Part shown: piece by piece, positions 13,251 through 24,180 of the stretch | Layout of the letters: each line of letters starts with the position of its first letter | Position numbering within the stretch: the stretch's first letter is position 1 | Assembly (NCBI RefSeq): GCF_006345805.1 | Contig: NC_042999.1 | Coordinates: 167,586,001-167,650,000, forward strand | Reading direction: 5' to 3' | DNA from: Octopus sinensis | Lineage: Eukaryota | DNA: 64,000 nucleotides | The notes under the pieces: model-generated | The model's input: the letters and a program-made list of their open reading frames with translations, nothing else | Told to the model about the DNA's origin: nothing | The model's database searches: none | Translations under genes and position numbers: made by a program

Positions 13251-13298
13251 AGGCCTGCTGATGAATACGTAAGTATGAAATCACTGTGATACAGGTCT
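13251..13298 (+). ncRNA. Canonical type I hammerhead ribozyme
   Basis: Stem I AGGCCTG/CAGGTCT (7 bp, one G-U); CTGATGA at 13258-13264; stem II ATAC-GTAA-GTAT; GAA; stem III ATCA-CTG-TGAT; cleavage triplet AUA ending at 13291. Confidence 0.85.
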
Positions 13299-13479
13299 AT
13301 ATTTTTTAAATGTCTTACTTTGAAAAATTGCATTCGGTGGGATTAGTAATATTTTTGGTAGAAATGACTAATTGTCCCTCTTAGCGTGTGGCATGTATGT
13401 ATAATGCCATCTGGCATGTATGTATAATGCCCTCTATATATAAATATATATATATGTGTATATATATATATATAGAGAG

Positions 13480-13483
13480 AGAG

Positions 13484-13572
<89 letters not shown>
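13480..13572. repeat. (TAGA)n microsatellite
   Basis: Directly visible. Confidence 0.97.
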
Positions 13573-13573
<1 letters not shown>

Positions 13574-13600
13574 ATAAAGGAACAAAGTGTATGTACGCCG

Positions 13601-13645
<45 letters not shown>

Positions 13646-13661
13646 ATATATATATATTTAT

Positions 13662-13783
13662 ATACAAAATGGGACAAGAACGCAAAACATCCGGATTCTT
13701 TGTATCGTCTATCTGGATGTTTTGTTGTCCCTTTTTGTATCACTTAGTTGTCCGATGTTTTGCGTTCTTGTCCCGTTTTGTAT
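13662..13783. mobile_element. Small MITE-like element with ~33-bp inverted ends
   Basis: ATACAAAATGGGACAAGAACGCAAAACATC pairs with GATGTTTTGCGTTCTTGTCCCGTTTTGTAT. Confidence 0.7.
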
Positions 13784-14639
13784 TTTATATATTATGGCTG
13801 CCCCCTCGTTATCGAGTGTGGCCATTGCACGTGGGTTAACTGTTACTGGTGCTGTGATCGAATGTGACTTTTAGCCCAGCTAAAGATCTACAATGTCTTG
13901 TACAGATTTGGCAACTAAAATCTTCACCGGTAATAGCCGGCTGTAGTTGTAACTGGGCTTTATGTACCTTTGCATGTCGTTTAAGTCCTCCTGCCGAATT
14001 ACACTCTCTTCCACATGCCCGACAGATATGATTAGTATGGTGTGTTACACCACAACCAGTGGCTAGGTTGTCACTCATCTGTCTCGCTTTATGACTACGA
14101 AGATGACTCTTGAGTCCAGCTTTACTGAGGCAGGGTCTTGCACAGACATTGCATGTCAGCATCAAAGGAAGACCCTTCCCTTCTGGAAGTGTAACATATC
14201 GATACCACCTTAAACGACTGGAACGTTTCCATCAGATGTACCTCAGACGGATCTATGGCACTAAGTGGAAGGACCGCATCAGTGATCTTGAAATACTGGA
14301 AGGCTCTCGGTGTGAAACTATAGAAGCTCTTGTGTTAAAGCAACGGCTCAGATGGAGTGGTCATCTGGTCAGGATGAAGGATTCAAGGATGCCAAAACAA
14401 CTCTTTTATGGAGAGTCAGCTAAAGGAGAACGACCTCCACATAAACCAAAAAAGAGGTATAAGGACTTGCTGAAGGTATCCTTAAGAGATGCTTGCATCT
14501 CTCTTGACACATGGGAAGGCATAGCTATTGATCGTAGCAGGTGGAGAAGGATTGTGCATGAGGGGACAGCTACTTTTGAGAAATCTCGAGTTGCACATGA
14601 GAAAGTAAGGAGGGATGTAAGGAAGGGCATTTTATATAT
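13782..14639 (-). mobile_element. RTE-clade LINE 3' portion with 5' inversion; candidate TSD ATTTTATATAT
   Basis: 14196-14631 (+) encodes the RTE post-RT region (HLKRLERFHQ..LRWSGHLVRMKDSRMPKQLFYGE..PKKRYKD). 13843-14195 (-) encodes the C-terminal C2H2 fingers, followed by the 3' UTR. The same 11-mer sits at 13782-13792 and 14629-14639. Confidence 0.85.
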
Positions 14640-14848
14640 ACATACACACATACATAATATAAGGGAGTATAACTCCAAACTTACAGGGAAAAATTCAAGT
14701 TAATATTAAATCAAATTTTTACTTATATATTGTTTATTCGTTTTTGTACGTTTTGTGATCTAGTTATATGTTTGAAAATTTTTTTTTTCATTTATGATTT
14801 GGTTTATGTCTATCGTTGTTTGAATCGCATAATAGTGGTTTTACTCTA

Positions 14849-14882
<34 letters not shown>

Positions 14883-14926
14883 GAAAAGAATGGAGTCGAA
14901 CGAAGATTTTATGAAAATTCCTTTAC

Positions 14927-15007
14927 TTTCGACATATGTTTCGAAGATTGCATATTCTTAATTCTGAAGGAATGAAGGTTGCATTATGCCGTCTTCTCAT
15001 CAGGAAA
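14927..15007 (-). ncRNA. Minimal type I hammerhead (GUC site, CAUAUG palindromic stem III)
   Basis: Minus strand reads TTTC CTGATGA GAAGA..TCTTC GAAAC ATAT GTC GAAA. Confidence 0.8.
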
Positions 15008-15731
15008 TACAATGAACCTCTATCAGCCTCGAGACGAACAAAAGCTTCTTACCGTCTGCCTACATGGTTTCCACAGTGATAATGAGTATTTATTTAAAAT
15101 AATCCGTTATAATCAATGACGTCAAAATTGGTAAACACAATTATAGAAAAATCCTATAGATGTAAACATTGGCAAAAACATACCTTCCACTCATATAAAT
15201 AATAAATAATATAGATAACCTCTTTGGTTTTAATAATTACTTTCACGTCTACACCACTACCGTAGACAAATGCTTCCTTTCTATTCTGTTGCAACAAACA
15301 TTAAATATAGTTGGTGTATGTTTATCTCTTTCTCTCTACCTCCCCCCCCCTCTCTCTCTCTCTATCATGCGCACAATCAAACACACAGACACAAATTTCT
15401 CACATTAATACTATATATATTTGACAATTGTTCTCCCCACATTTACATTTGCAAACACACACACACAGACACAGATGCAGTTATATACACACACTCATAC
15501 ACACACACAAACACTCAAACTCATTAACTAAACATACACCCGTCAATCCCCATACATACAGCATACAAACTGTCCCCTTCCTATTTTTTTATAACTTCCT
15601 CCTTCCAACCAATTTTGACGTCATTGTTTATAACGGATTATTTAAATAAATACTCATTATCACTGTGGAAACCATGTAGGCAGACGGTAAGAAGCTTTTC
15701 TTCGTCTTGAGGCTGATAGAGGTTCCTTGTA

Positions 15732-15812
15732 TTTCCTGATGAGAAGACGGCATAATGCAACCTTCATTCCTTCAGAATTAAGAATATGCAGTCTTCGAAA
15801 CATATGTCAAAA
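15732..15812 (+). ncRNA. Minimal type I hammerhead, sister copy with the first stem I pair broken
   Basis: TTTC CTGATGA GAAGAC..GTCTTC GAAAC ATAT GTC AAAA. Confidence 0.7.
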
Positions 15813-16004
15813 GTAAAGGAATTTTGATAAAATCGTTCGACTCCATTCTTTTCATTTATTCATATAAAAAAACACACAAATTTCCACACACGAACACGGG
15901 GTTCAGCCCTTGGCATGTAACTTCAACCGTGTTTTACTGAAGGGAATTTGCTACCCAGGTATCGATTAACAGAATTATCCATACTAGGATAATTCATTCA
16001 TCTA

Positions 16005-16045
<41 letters not shown>

Positions 16046-16179
16046 ATAAATGGTGGGGTTGTGTTGACCGCACGTGGAGAAATGATAAGTAAGGAAAAAT
16101 TTTTTTAAAAATGCAGAATGCTCAAATGAAAGAAAATTTTAATAAAATGAGAAAATGATAAAATATATAAATATATATT

Positions 16180-16220
16180 TATTCAACCGGTTTTCGTCAT
16201 TGTATGACTTGTCAAGAATA
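16180..16220 (-). ncRNA. Hammerhead-like variant in the inverted pLTR
   Basis: Exact reverse complement of 20367-20407. Confidence 0.5.
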
Positions 16221-16270
16221 TTTATGTTTTAAGAAGTTATTTTAAAAATTAGAAAGGGGAAAAAAAGAAG

Positions 16271-19200
16271 AGACACCACTCAACACACAGAAGGAACACA
16301 TTTCAACCCCAGCACAACGCATTAAAAACCAGATCATCACTACTTGGACTAAGAAACTACACAACAGAAAACTTCTCTTCTGGAACATGCTCAAAAACCA
16401 AAACAAAGCTGAAATTTACGACAAATGGTTAAACTCCTCCCCTATCATACTACCCCGAAAATTCCAAATCAAACACATCCCAGACGAACCTGAAAAACAA
16501 CGCTCCCTAAGAGAAAAACTAACATTGGAAAAAATGAAAACCGAAGTAGAACTTCTAAAACTCAGAGCACAAAACCACGAACAAAAATACACAAAAATAG
16601 ACGATGAGATACTTCTAGAACTAACCTCACACACCAACGAACAGCCCCTCGAACTTGTTATTAAACTATGGAAAGATGAATGTGAAAAGGAAGAACGAAC
16701 CTCCCTCAAACGCTGGGAAAACAACAAAGATTTCTTCCTCAACTATGAAACACAATTCATATTAAACCATAAATCCAAAAACCCATTCATAAAAGTACCC
16801 ACAACACAGACTTCCACTGTACCCCATAAACACCATTCCAAACCGCACCTCAAATACACATACTCTCCAAACCCCCTCCTAACAGGACACAACCTCCCCC
16901 AACCATATAAAAAACCTTTTCCCCCCCGAAACATCTCAAATGAGACCCACCACAAAACCTGGTTTTCCAATCACTCTAACACCCCTCCCCCACCGATTAG
17001 AACCTTCAAGAACCTCCCATACACTAGAAATTATCCCCCCCTCAAGGCTCCCCTCCCTCACACTAATAACAAACAAGGCATCCTACCCACACCGATACAT
17101 ATAAGACCCACCCAACGAACCCCTATAGTCCACCCATCCAACAACCACATTCCTACCACATCTCCTACAGATCTCCAAACCCTCACATCCCACACGAACC
17201 CAATCACCACAACTACATACCCCCCTACATCCCCCCATACAATCTACCAGTCACACACCCACAAACCCATCGCATTTCTCACAAATCCTTACACCATCGC
17301 ATCCCATACCAACACAAATACGACAACTACCTACCCCCCTCCAACCTCCCCACCCAAAAACACTCCTACACATACAACCAGAACTTTAACAAAGAATACA
17401 CCCCTTACCTCAACAACCATTTTTTAGACAGAGGGGAAAAATACAAACACCACCGCTAACACAGACCCAAAATAAGAAAACAAAAATTATAAACCTCTCC
17501 AGCAAAACACTGACACCAACCCAAATCAACATCCTAGCAAGAGGTTTGAAATTCACACCCACCCCAAGAACACCCAACCCCCCGGAGGTCAAGGATGACG
17601 TTTCTGAATTCTGCAGAAAACTTCGCCTAACAGAAGCTTTGACAGATATCAACAATGGGGACGATTCATTGATCAGAAATAAAAGCAACTTCCTACCACC
17701 AAAAGGGAGAAATAAAACACTGGACGTTTCTGTAAACACATCCAGAGTCTCCCCTTTACCCCAAGCAAAACCAAGGTAAAATCCAATTTCAGTAAGGAAG
17801 AATGGGAAAACCTACGTGACATACAACTGGATAAAAACCTCACCATCAAAGAAGCGGACAAAGGGAGTGCTGTGGTCCTTATGGACACGGAATTTTATAA
17901 ACACCTAGTGTTCTCCATGCTTAACAATAACATTTTCTATGAGGTTATTAACAACTACAAACAGCAAAAAACAATCAGAAACCTCACCACACTCATACGC
18001 CAACACGGTCAGGGACTCACAGAAAAAGAAAGGGATTATATCACCATTTTCAAATGCAAGCCCAGCCTTTTTTATGGCCTTCCTAAAATCCATAAAAACA
18101 AATACATCACCGAAGCCTGCAAACTCTCCACTGACATCCACATCAACATCAAAGCACCGGAGGACCTAAAACTAAGGCCCATCGTGGCTGGTACCTCCTG
18201 TGAAACACACCGCCTGAGTAACTTCCTAGACATCCTTTTGAAACCTTTCCTTACCCACATCAAAAGTTTCATTAGGGATGATCTGGACATGCTCAAACAC
18301 CTCCCGAAAACAGTTAACGAGGAGGCACTCCTGGTATCCTTTGATGTCATCAACCTCTACACCAACATTCCACACGAGTATGGTATAGAGGCAATTGACT
18401 TCTGGCTAGAAAAACACCCAGAGACATTCCCTGACCGCATTAACAAGTCTTTTATTACAGAATCTCTTAAGTTCATTCTGACAAACAATTTTTTTCTCTT
18501 CGACGACACACACTACCGTCAAAAATGTGGCATTGCGATGGGTACCAAGGCTGCACCAGTCCTTGCGAACCTCATAATGGGTTACTTCGAACTGTCACTC
18601 TATGAAATATCAAGCCAGAAATTTGGACATGTTTTCCACACCTACCTAATGGAAAACTGGAAAAGGTATTTAGATGATTGTTTCATCATATGGAAAGAAC
18701 CTTATGAAAAACTCCTGGAATTCAAAACCATACTAAACAACATACATCCCAACATCCAATTCACTATGGAATTAAGCAAACATCATCTCCCATTCCTTGA
18801 TCTCCTAATTATAAAAACACCTAAGAACCAAATCATAACAGACATCTACCACAAACCTACAGACTCACAACAATACCTCCTCTTTAGTTCATGCCACCCA
18901 AAAACACCAAGACAAATATCCCTTTCAATTTAGCTAAAAGGGTATGCACCATTGTCTCGGATCCAAAAACACGAGAAATACGCCTTCAAGACCTCAAAAA
19001 AACACTATTACAACGTCAATATCCCTCCACCCTTATAGAGTATGGAATAAAACGCGCCAAAGAACTAGACAACACTACACTGAAAACCACCCAACCTAAC
19101 ACCACACACAACCTCAAAATACTTCCATACATTTCCACCCACAACCCCAAAAATATCGAAGCATACACCACAATCATACAAAACCTCAGTCTACTGTCAA

Positions 19201-19732
19201 CAGACCCAAAAATGAAAAACATTATAAATACACACAAAATCCTCAAATGCAAAAGGCAACACAAATCTTTAAAAAAACTCTTGACAAATGCCAAACTTCA
19301 CACACCACATCCACCCCCAACAGTAAAAAATGTGCACGCTCAAACTGTGGTACCTGCCCCTTTCTACTTGAAGGCTCTGAATTTACCTTCAAACAAGGTA
19401 CGAAGTTTAAAATCAAGACTAACTTCTCCTGTTCCTCCGAGAACCTTATCTACGTTCTCACATGCGCTGGTTGCCAACATAATTATGTTGGACAAACGAG
19501 TCTCCCGTTACGTAAACGAGTAACGGTGCATAAAGAACAAATAAATCTCCCGGAATACCGACAAATTCCACTGAGTGACCACTTAGACTCATGTGCTAAA
19601 GACTTAAACCCCAAATTCTATATATTCCCTTCTACCAATGTAAAGACGGGATCACCACACAGGAGAGAATTAACAAGGAGAATCTCTTTATTGAAAAATT
19701 CCAAACACAACTTAATATGCAAACTCCTCGTT
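16271..19732 (+). pseudogene. Penelope polyprotein (long N-terminal region, RT, Cys-rich linker, GIY-YIG), split by frameshifts
   Basis: Motifs ADKGSAVVLMD, FYGLPKIHK, LRPIVAG, FDVINLYTNIP, GIAMGTKAAP, WKRYLDDCF, LPFLDLLI, IYHKPTD, CHP, CARSNCGTC and LIYVLTCAGCQHNYVGQT. Confidence 0.9.
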
Positions 19733-20366
19733 GATCAAACTTCCTTTCTCTACCTCACTCTTCATGGATGGACTAACACAATATATAAAGATACCATGCA
19801 TTCATCACTTCAAGCTAAAACTTATATTCTTTAATATCATTTTTACTATTGTTGTTATTACTATCATTTTTATTATAAATGATATGACAATTTGAAATGC
19901 AATTGTCTATGCAGATTTATATTATTAGAAAATAATATAAATAAAGTGTTAAAATCTGAAAGTTAAGTTAACAAGCAATTATATAAAAAAGATAATGCAA
20001 ATGAAGCTAAAATGATAGTTTTATAATTTGGGTTTTATTGAAGAACTCAAAAGAGTTGTCTCCCCTTACCCACAACACAGGAACTGAAGAACCAGGACCA
20101 CAATTACTACTACTTCCTGTCCTGCAACATGCTGAATTTAACAACACACAACACATCACATGCTCTTAATCCCTTTGGATCTTAACACCTCAAGGTAATT
20201 TTTTGGTAAACAACCATAAAACTCAAGATACACAACGAACTCACAATGTATCGGAGAACTTATTTTTTAATTTTTGTACATTTTTATCATTATTCTTTTA
20301 CAAAAAACAATGCAATTTTCTTTTTTTCCCCTTTCTAATTTTTAAAATAACTTCTTAAAACATAAA

Positions 20367-20407
20367 TATTCTTGACAAGTCATACAATGACGAAAACCGG
20401 TTGAATA
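20367..20407 (+). ncRNA. Hammerhead-like variant in the 3' pLTR (UUGACAA core)
   Basis: TATTC TTGACAA GTCA-tacaa-TGAC GAAA ACCGGTT GAATA, with palindrome AACCGGTT. Confidence 0.55.
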
Positions 20408-20562
20408 AATATATATTTATATATTTTATCATTTTCTCATTTTATTAAAATTTTCTTTCATTTGAGCATTCTGCATTTTTAAAAAATTTTTCCTTACTAT
20501 ATATATATATACATATATACATATACATATACATATGTATAGGCTAAACACAGAGGGACGAA

Positions 20563-20812
20563 CAAGGACAGACATAGGTATTAAGTCGATTACATCGACC
20601 CCAGTGTGTAACTGATACTTAATTTATCGACCCCTAAAGGATGAAAGGCAAAGTCGACCTCGGCGGAATTTGAACCCAGAACGTAACGGCAGACGAAATA
20701 CGGCTACGTATTTCGCCCGGCGTGCTAACGTTTCTGCCAGCTCGCCGCCTTTCAATGGAGTATACCATTAAGGAAGCAAGCTTCTTACCACACAGCCACG
20801 CCTGGGTATACA
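20563..20812 (-). mobile_element. SINE family C followed by a SINE family B head fragment
   Basis: Consensus blocks of both families. Confidence 0.8.
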
Positions 20813-20980
20813 TATATATATATATATATATAAAGCCTTCTACCTCTTGTATCAAAATGAATTAATCTTAGAAACTAAAATCGACGTTCAATATACTTTT
20901 TAACAGGAGGTAAAACTATGAGTATTCCTAGAATTTGTTCCTTGATTGAACTAAAATCCCTTTCACTTACATTAAAGTAG

Positions 20981-21325
20981 TAGGAGCACTCCGTCGGTTG
21001 CGACGATGAGGGTCCCAGCTGATACGATCGACGGAACGGCTTGCTCGTGATATTAACGTGCAAGTGACTGAGCACTCCACAGACACGTGTACCCTTAACG
21101 TAGTTCTCGGGGATATTCAGCGTGACACACAGAATGTGACAAGGCTGGCCCTTTGAAATACAGGTACAACAGAAACAGGAAGAAAGAGCGAGAGAAAGTT
21201 GTGGTGAAAGAGTACAGCAGGGTTCACCACCACCCCCTGCCGGAGCCTCGTGGAGCTTTAGGTGTTTTCGCTCAATAAACACTCACAGTGCCCGGTCTAG
21301 GAATCGAAACCGCGATCCTCCGGTT
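20981..21325 (-). mobile_element. SINE family A
   Basis: Reverse complement of 8748-9110. Confidence 0.85.
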
Positions 21326-21734
21326 ACATTAAAGTATATTAGTAACGTTACTCCTTGTCTTCTCAAAATTATTCTTATGTATATTTAGCCGTTTATATCA
21401 CGATTAATGAAGAATAGCGTCATTGATTACAAGTTTTTAACATGTCGATCGTTAGTTCCTGCATTTTATGATGGTGAGAATGACAATGGGATTTTTCGTA
21501 ACTCGATGAGGAGTAAACAACTCACGGAACTTCATTTGTGAAATACCGTTTCTTTCTTTATTTCATTTTCCTTTTTCGTATTGGTTGGGGCGCGAAATTT
21601 ACATCCTCCGCCGAGACACATCGGCTAATTAGCAAAACCGGAATTTCATTACTAAAACATTCAGTCTGTAAACTGCAGCAATATACACACGCACTGACGC
21701 ACGTGCACGTACGCACACACACATACACACACAT

Positions 21735-21793
<59 letters not shown>

Positions 21794-22645
21794 CACACAC
21801 ACATTCGACGCCCAGCAATCTCTTTTCATTATGATACATTACAAATTCTTAACACATTCATTAGTGGGGAGGGGCGACTGATGAGTCTAGACGCAGCTTT
21901 GCTCTTTTCTAATCTTGCCAGTTTTAAGTAAAAGCTGTGTGTGTGTGTCTATGTGTGTGTCTGTGTGTCTGTATGTGCGTTTGTGTGTGTGTTCACATAC
22001 AGTGAGTTTCCGTTTACCAAATTCTGTAGGTATTAATTAATCCGAAGCTAAAGTAGAGACCTGGGGCCTGAAACTGCGTGAATGCGAAGCGCACTTCTTA
22101 ACCTTAGAACCTTATATCCAATATAAAGAGACCTGGAGATGTCTGTCCAAATCCACACAGTACTGAACAATCAACCGACAAGTCAGTGCTTCTGATAAGC
22201 CTTCTTGAACGCAGCTGCATCATGGTGGTATAATACATTCTGCCAGGGAAGTTAATCACCATCAAATTTCTTACATACTTCATACAGTTTACCTTTCTAT
22301 GGCTTCCCAAATATTTCAGAAATTAGATTTATTTATAAATTGACGTTACAAGAAGTCATACAAAGTCGTAGATTGACGTCAATCGAAGTTGTAAAAAGTA
22401 CATTAAAGAAAATAGAAACGTTTGAGAAGAATAACGGAAATTAAAGACTTAAGTTGTGGTTTAAATATTTGTCAAAAATGCTTCTGTGAAAGCATATTTG
22501 GTAGCTTAAACTTTTAATACATATAGGAATATTATGTCTTTAGTCAATGAAAATGCTTATATATTTTGTAGGTGTGGAAATGAATTGTATTCACGCTATT
22601 CTCTAGAACAATGGCATTAGAACATTGAATTTGTATCAACTGGAA

Positions 22646-22701
22646 ATCGGAAAAACAGCACAATAAATGTATAGGTGGTTGATCACTTGCCTTTTGGGGT
22701 T

Positions 22702-22755
<54 letters not shown>

Positions 22756-24131
22756 GATTCGAGGACTCAGAATTCTATCGAAAGAGTGACATACTATTGG
22801 TTTCATATTTTGGTACAAGGTCAGTAACTTCGGGGTAGAGGTAAGCCGATTACATCGAACCCAGTGTTCAACTGGTACTTATTTTATGGGCCCCAAAAGT
22901 CGACCTCGGCAAAATTTGAACTCAAAACGGAATGCAGCTAAGCTTTCTCTCCGGCGTGTTAACGCTTTTGCCAGCTGCGTTATTTACGTATATAGCTTTC
23001 TCAAAACCATTTGCGACGGAAGAGAAGTGCTTGCATGATCACTATGCCGAAGTTTATACCATGTGTCAAACAAAACTATGGAATTGGCACCTTGGGCTCA
23101 TCAGACAGCTACGTAAAAATTTATATGGTCGCTTGACCTGCAAGAAATAGTAGCCAAGTGTCCCTCGATTAACATTCGGCCGTCTAAAAAGACGTGGCGG
23201 AGTTATTCGATAATGTAGCACCCATTATAAAATGAGAGAAAAAAACATACCGGGCATTTCTTTGATCATAGATCTGCTCTAGTAGAACTAACCGAAAATT
23301 TTCCTTTGGGTTGTTATTTTTTGTTTTACTTGCAGGGTTTGGAGAAAGCGGAAAGTGCCCATGGGTTCTGCGAGCTCCATGGGACCGGTTAAATTAATGC
23401 TATTAATGTTTCTCTTGAATCATTGCAAGTGAACACCTGTTTGAAGGTCGTGAGCAGAGAAAGTATGCGGTCCAGTTTGGTCGGGTGTAAACTGGGGGAA
23501 AATTACGACGGTTAGGTAGTAATATATGACGGAGGTAATGCATGCATTCGCTACCTCCACCCACCTTTCAGAGAAAGCTTTCTCTCGGTCCATTCCTGTG
23601 TGATATTAGCCACCCTGCTCGTCAGCTAGTCCCAGTTCTTCTATATCTGGAGATCCGAATCAAACCAACCCCCTCCCAGCAATTTAATCGGTCCCTCCGT
23701 CCAGCGCCCTACAACGTTATTGGGCGACATTGACTTGTATCTCCCGGTGCCAAGGTGCAGGCCCACTGTCTTTACTTGGTTATTTCTTGCAGAGAAAAAG
23801 GCAAAATTCTGTGAAGTAAGAATTGAGTGTTGTGGATAGTAGGGTCTGAGGGACTGGACACAACAAGAGGGAAGGATACGAGAAGATGGTATGATCCCAG
23901 CCATCTCCGAGGAGTAGAAGTCGTTATAATAGTGAGAGAAAAGGTAGGGGAAAAGACAATAGGTCTGTGGCTCAGATTCTGGAGTGGCGTTTAAGATACT
24001 CGACGACAGCCGGTCGGATGTGTGAGCAGCAGTATGCTTCATTATGAGACTCAACTGAATCGATTGAAATTCATGTCATCGGAAAAACAGCACAATAAAT
24101 GTATAGGTGGTTGATCACTTGCCTTTTGGGG

Positions 24132-24180
<49 letters not shown>

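Larger units (their letters stand above)
14878..15990. mobile_element. Non-coding element with ~235-bp inverted repeats, each containing an HHR, plus a 3' extension (Penelope-derived by inference)
   Basis: 14878-15110 is the reverse complement of ~15628-15860 with few mismatches. The tail at 15895-15964 is homologous to 59781-59854. Confidence 0.75.
16043..20498 (+). mobile_element. Penelope-like element (Neptune-type) with inverted pseudo-LTRs
   Basis: RT and GIY-YIG motifs are present. 16088-16269 is the reverse complement of 20318-20498; the only difference I found is one homopolymer length. Confidence 0.93.

Noticed and set aside
13836-14165. Host C2H2 zinc-finger gene
   Set aside because: It lacks TGEKP linkers, is contiguous with RTE ORF2 once the inversion is undone, and lies inside a candidate TSD.
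16387-17427. Independent mucin-like host gene
   Set aside because: It lies inside the Penelope inverted repeats, collinear with the RT, and has no signal peptide.
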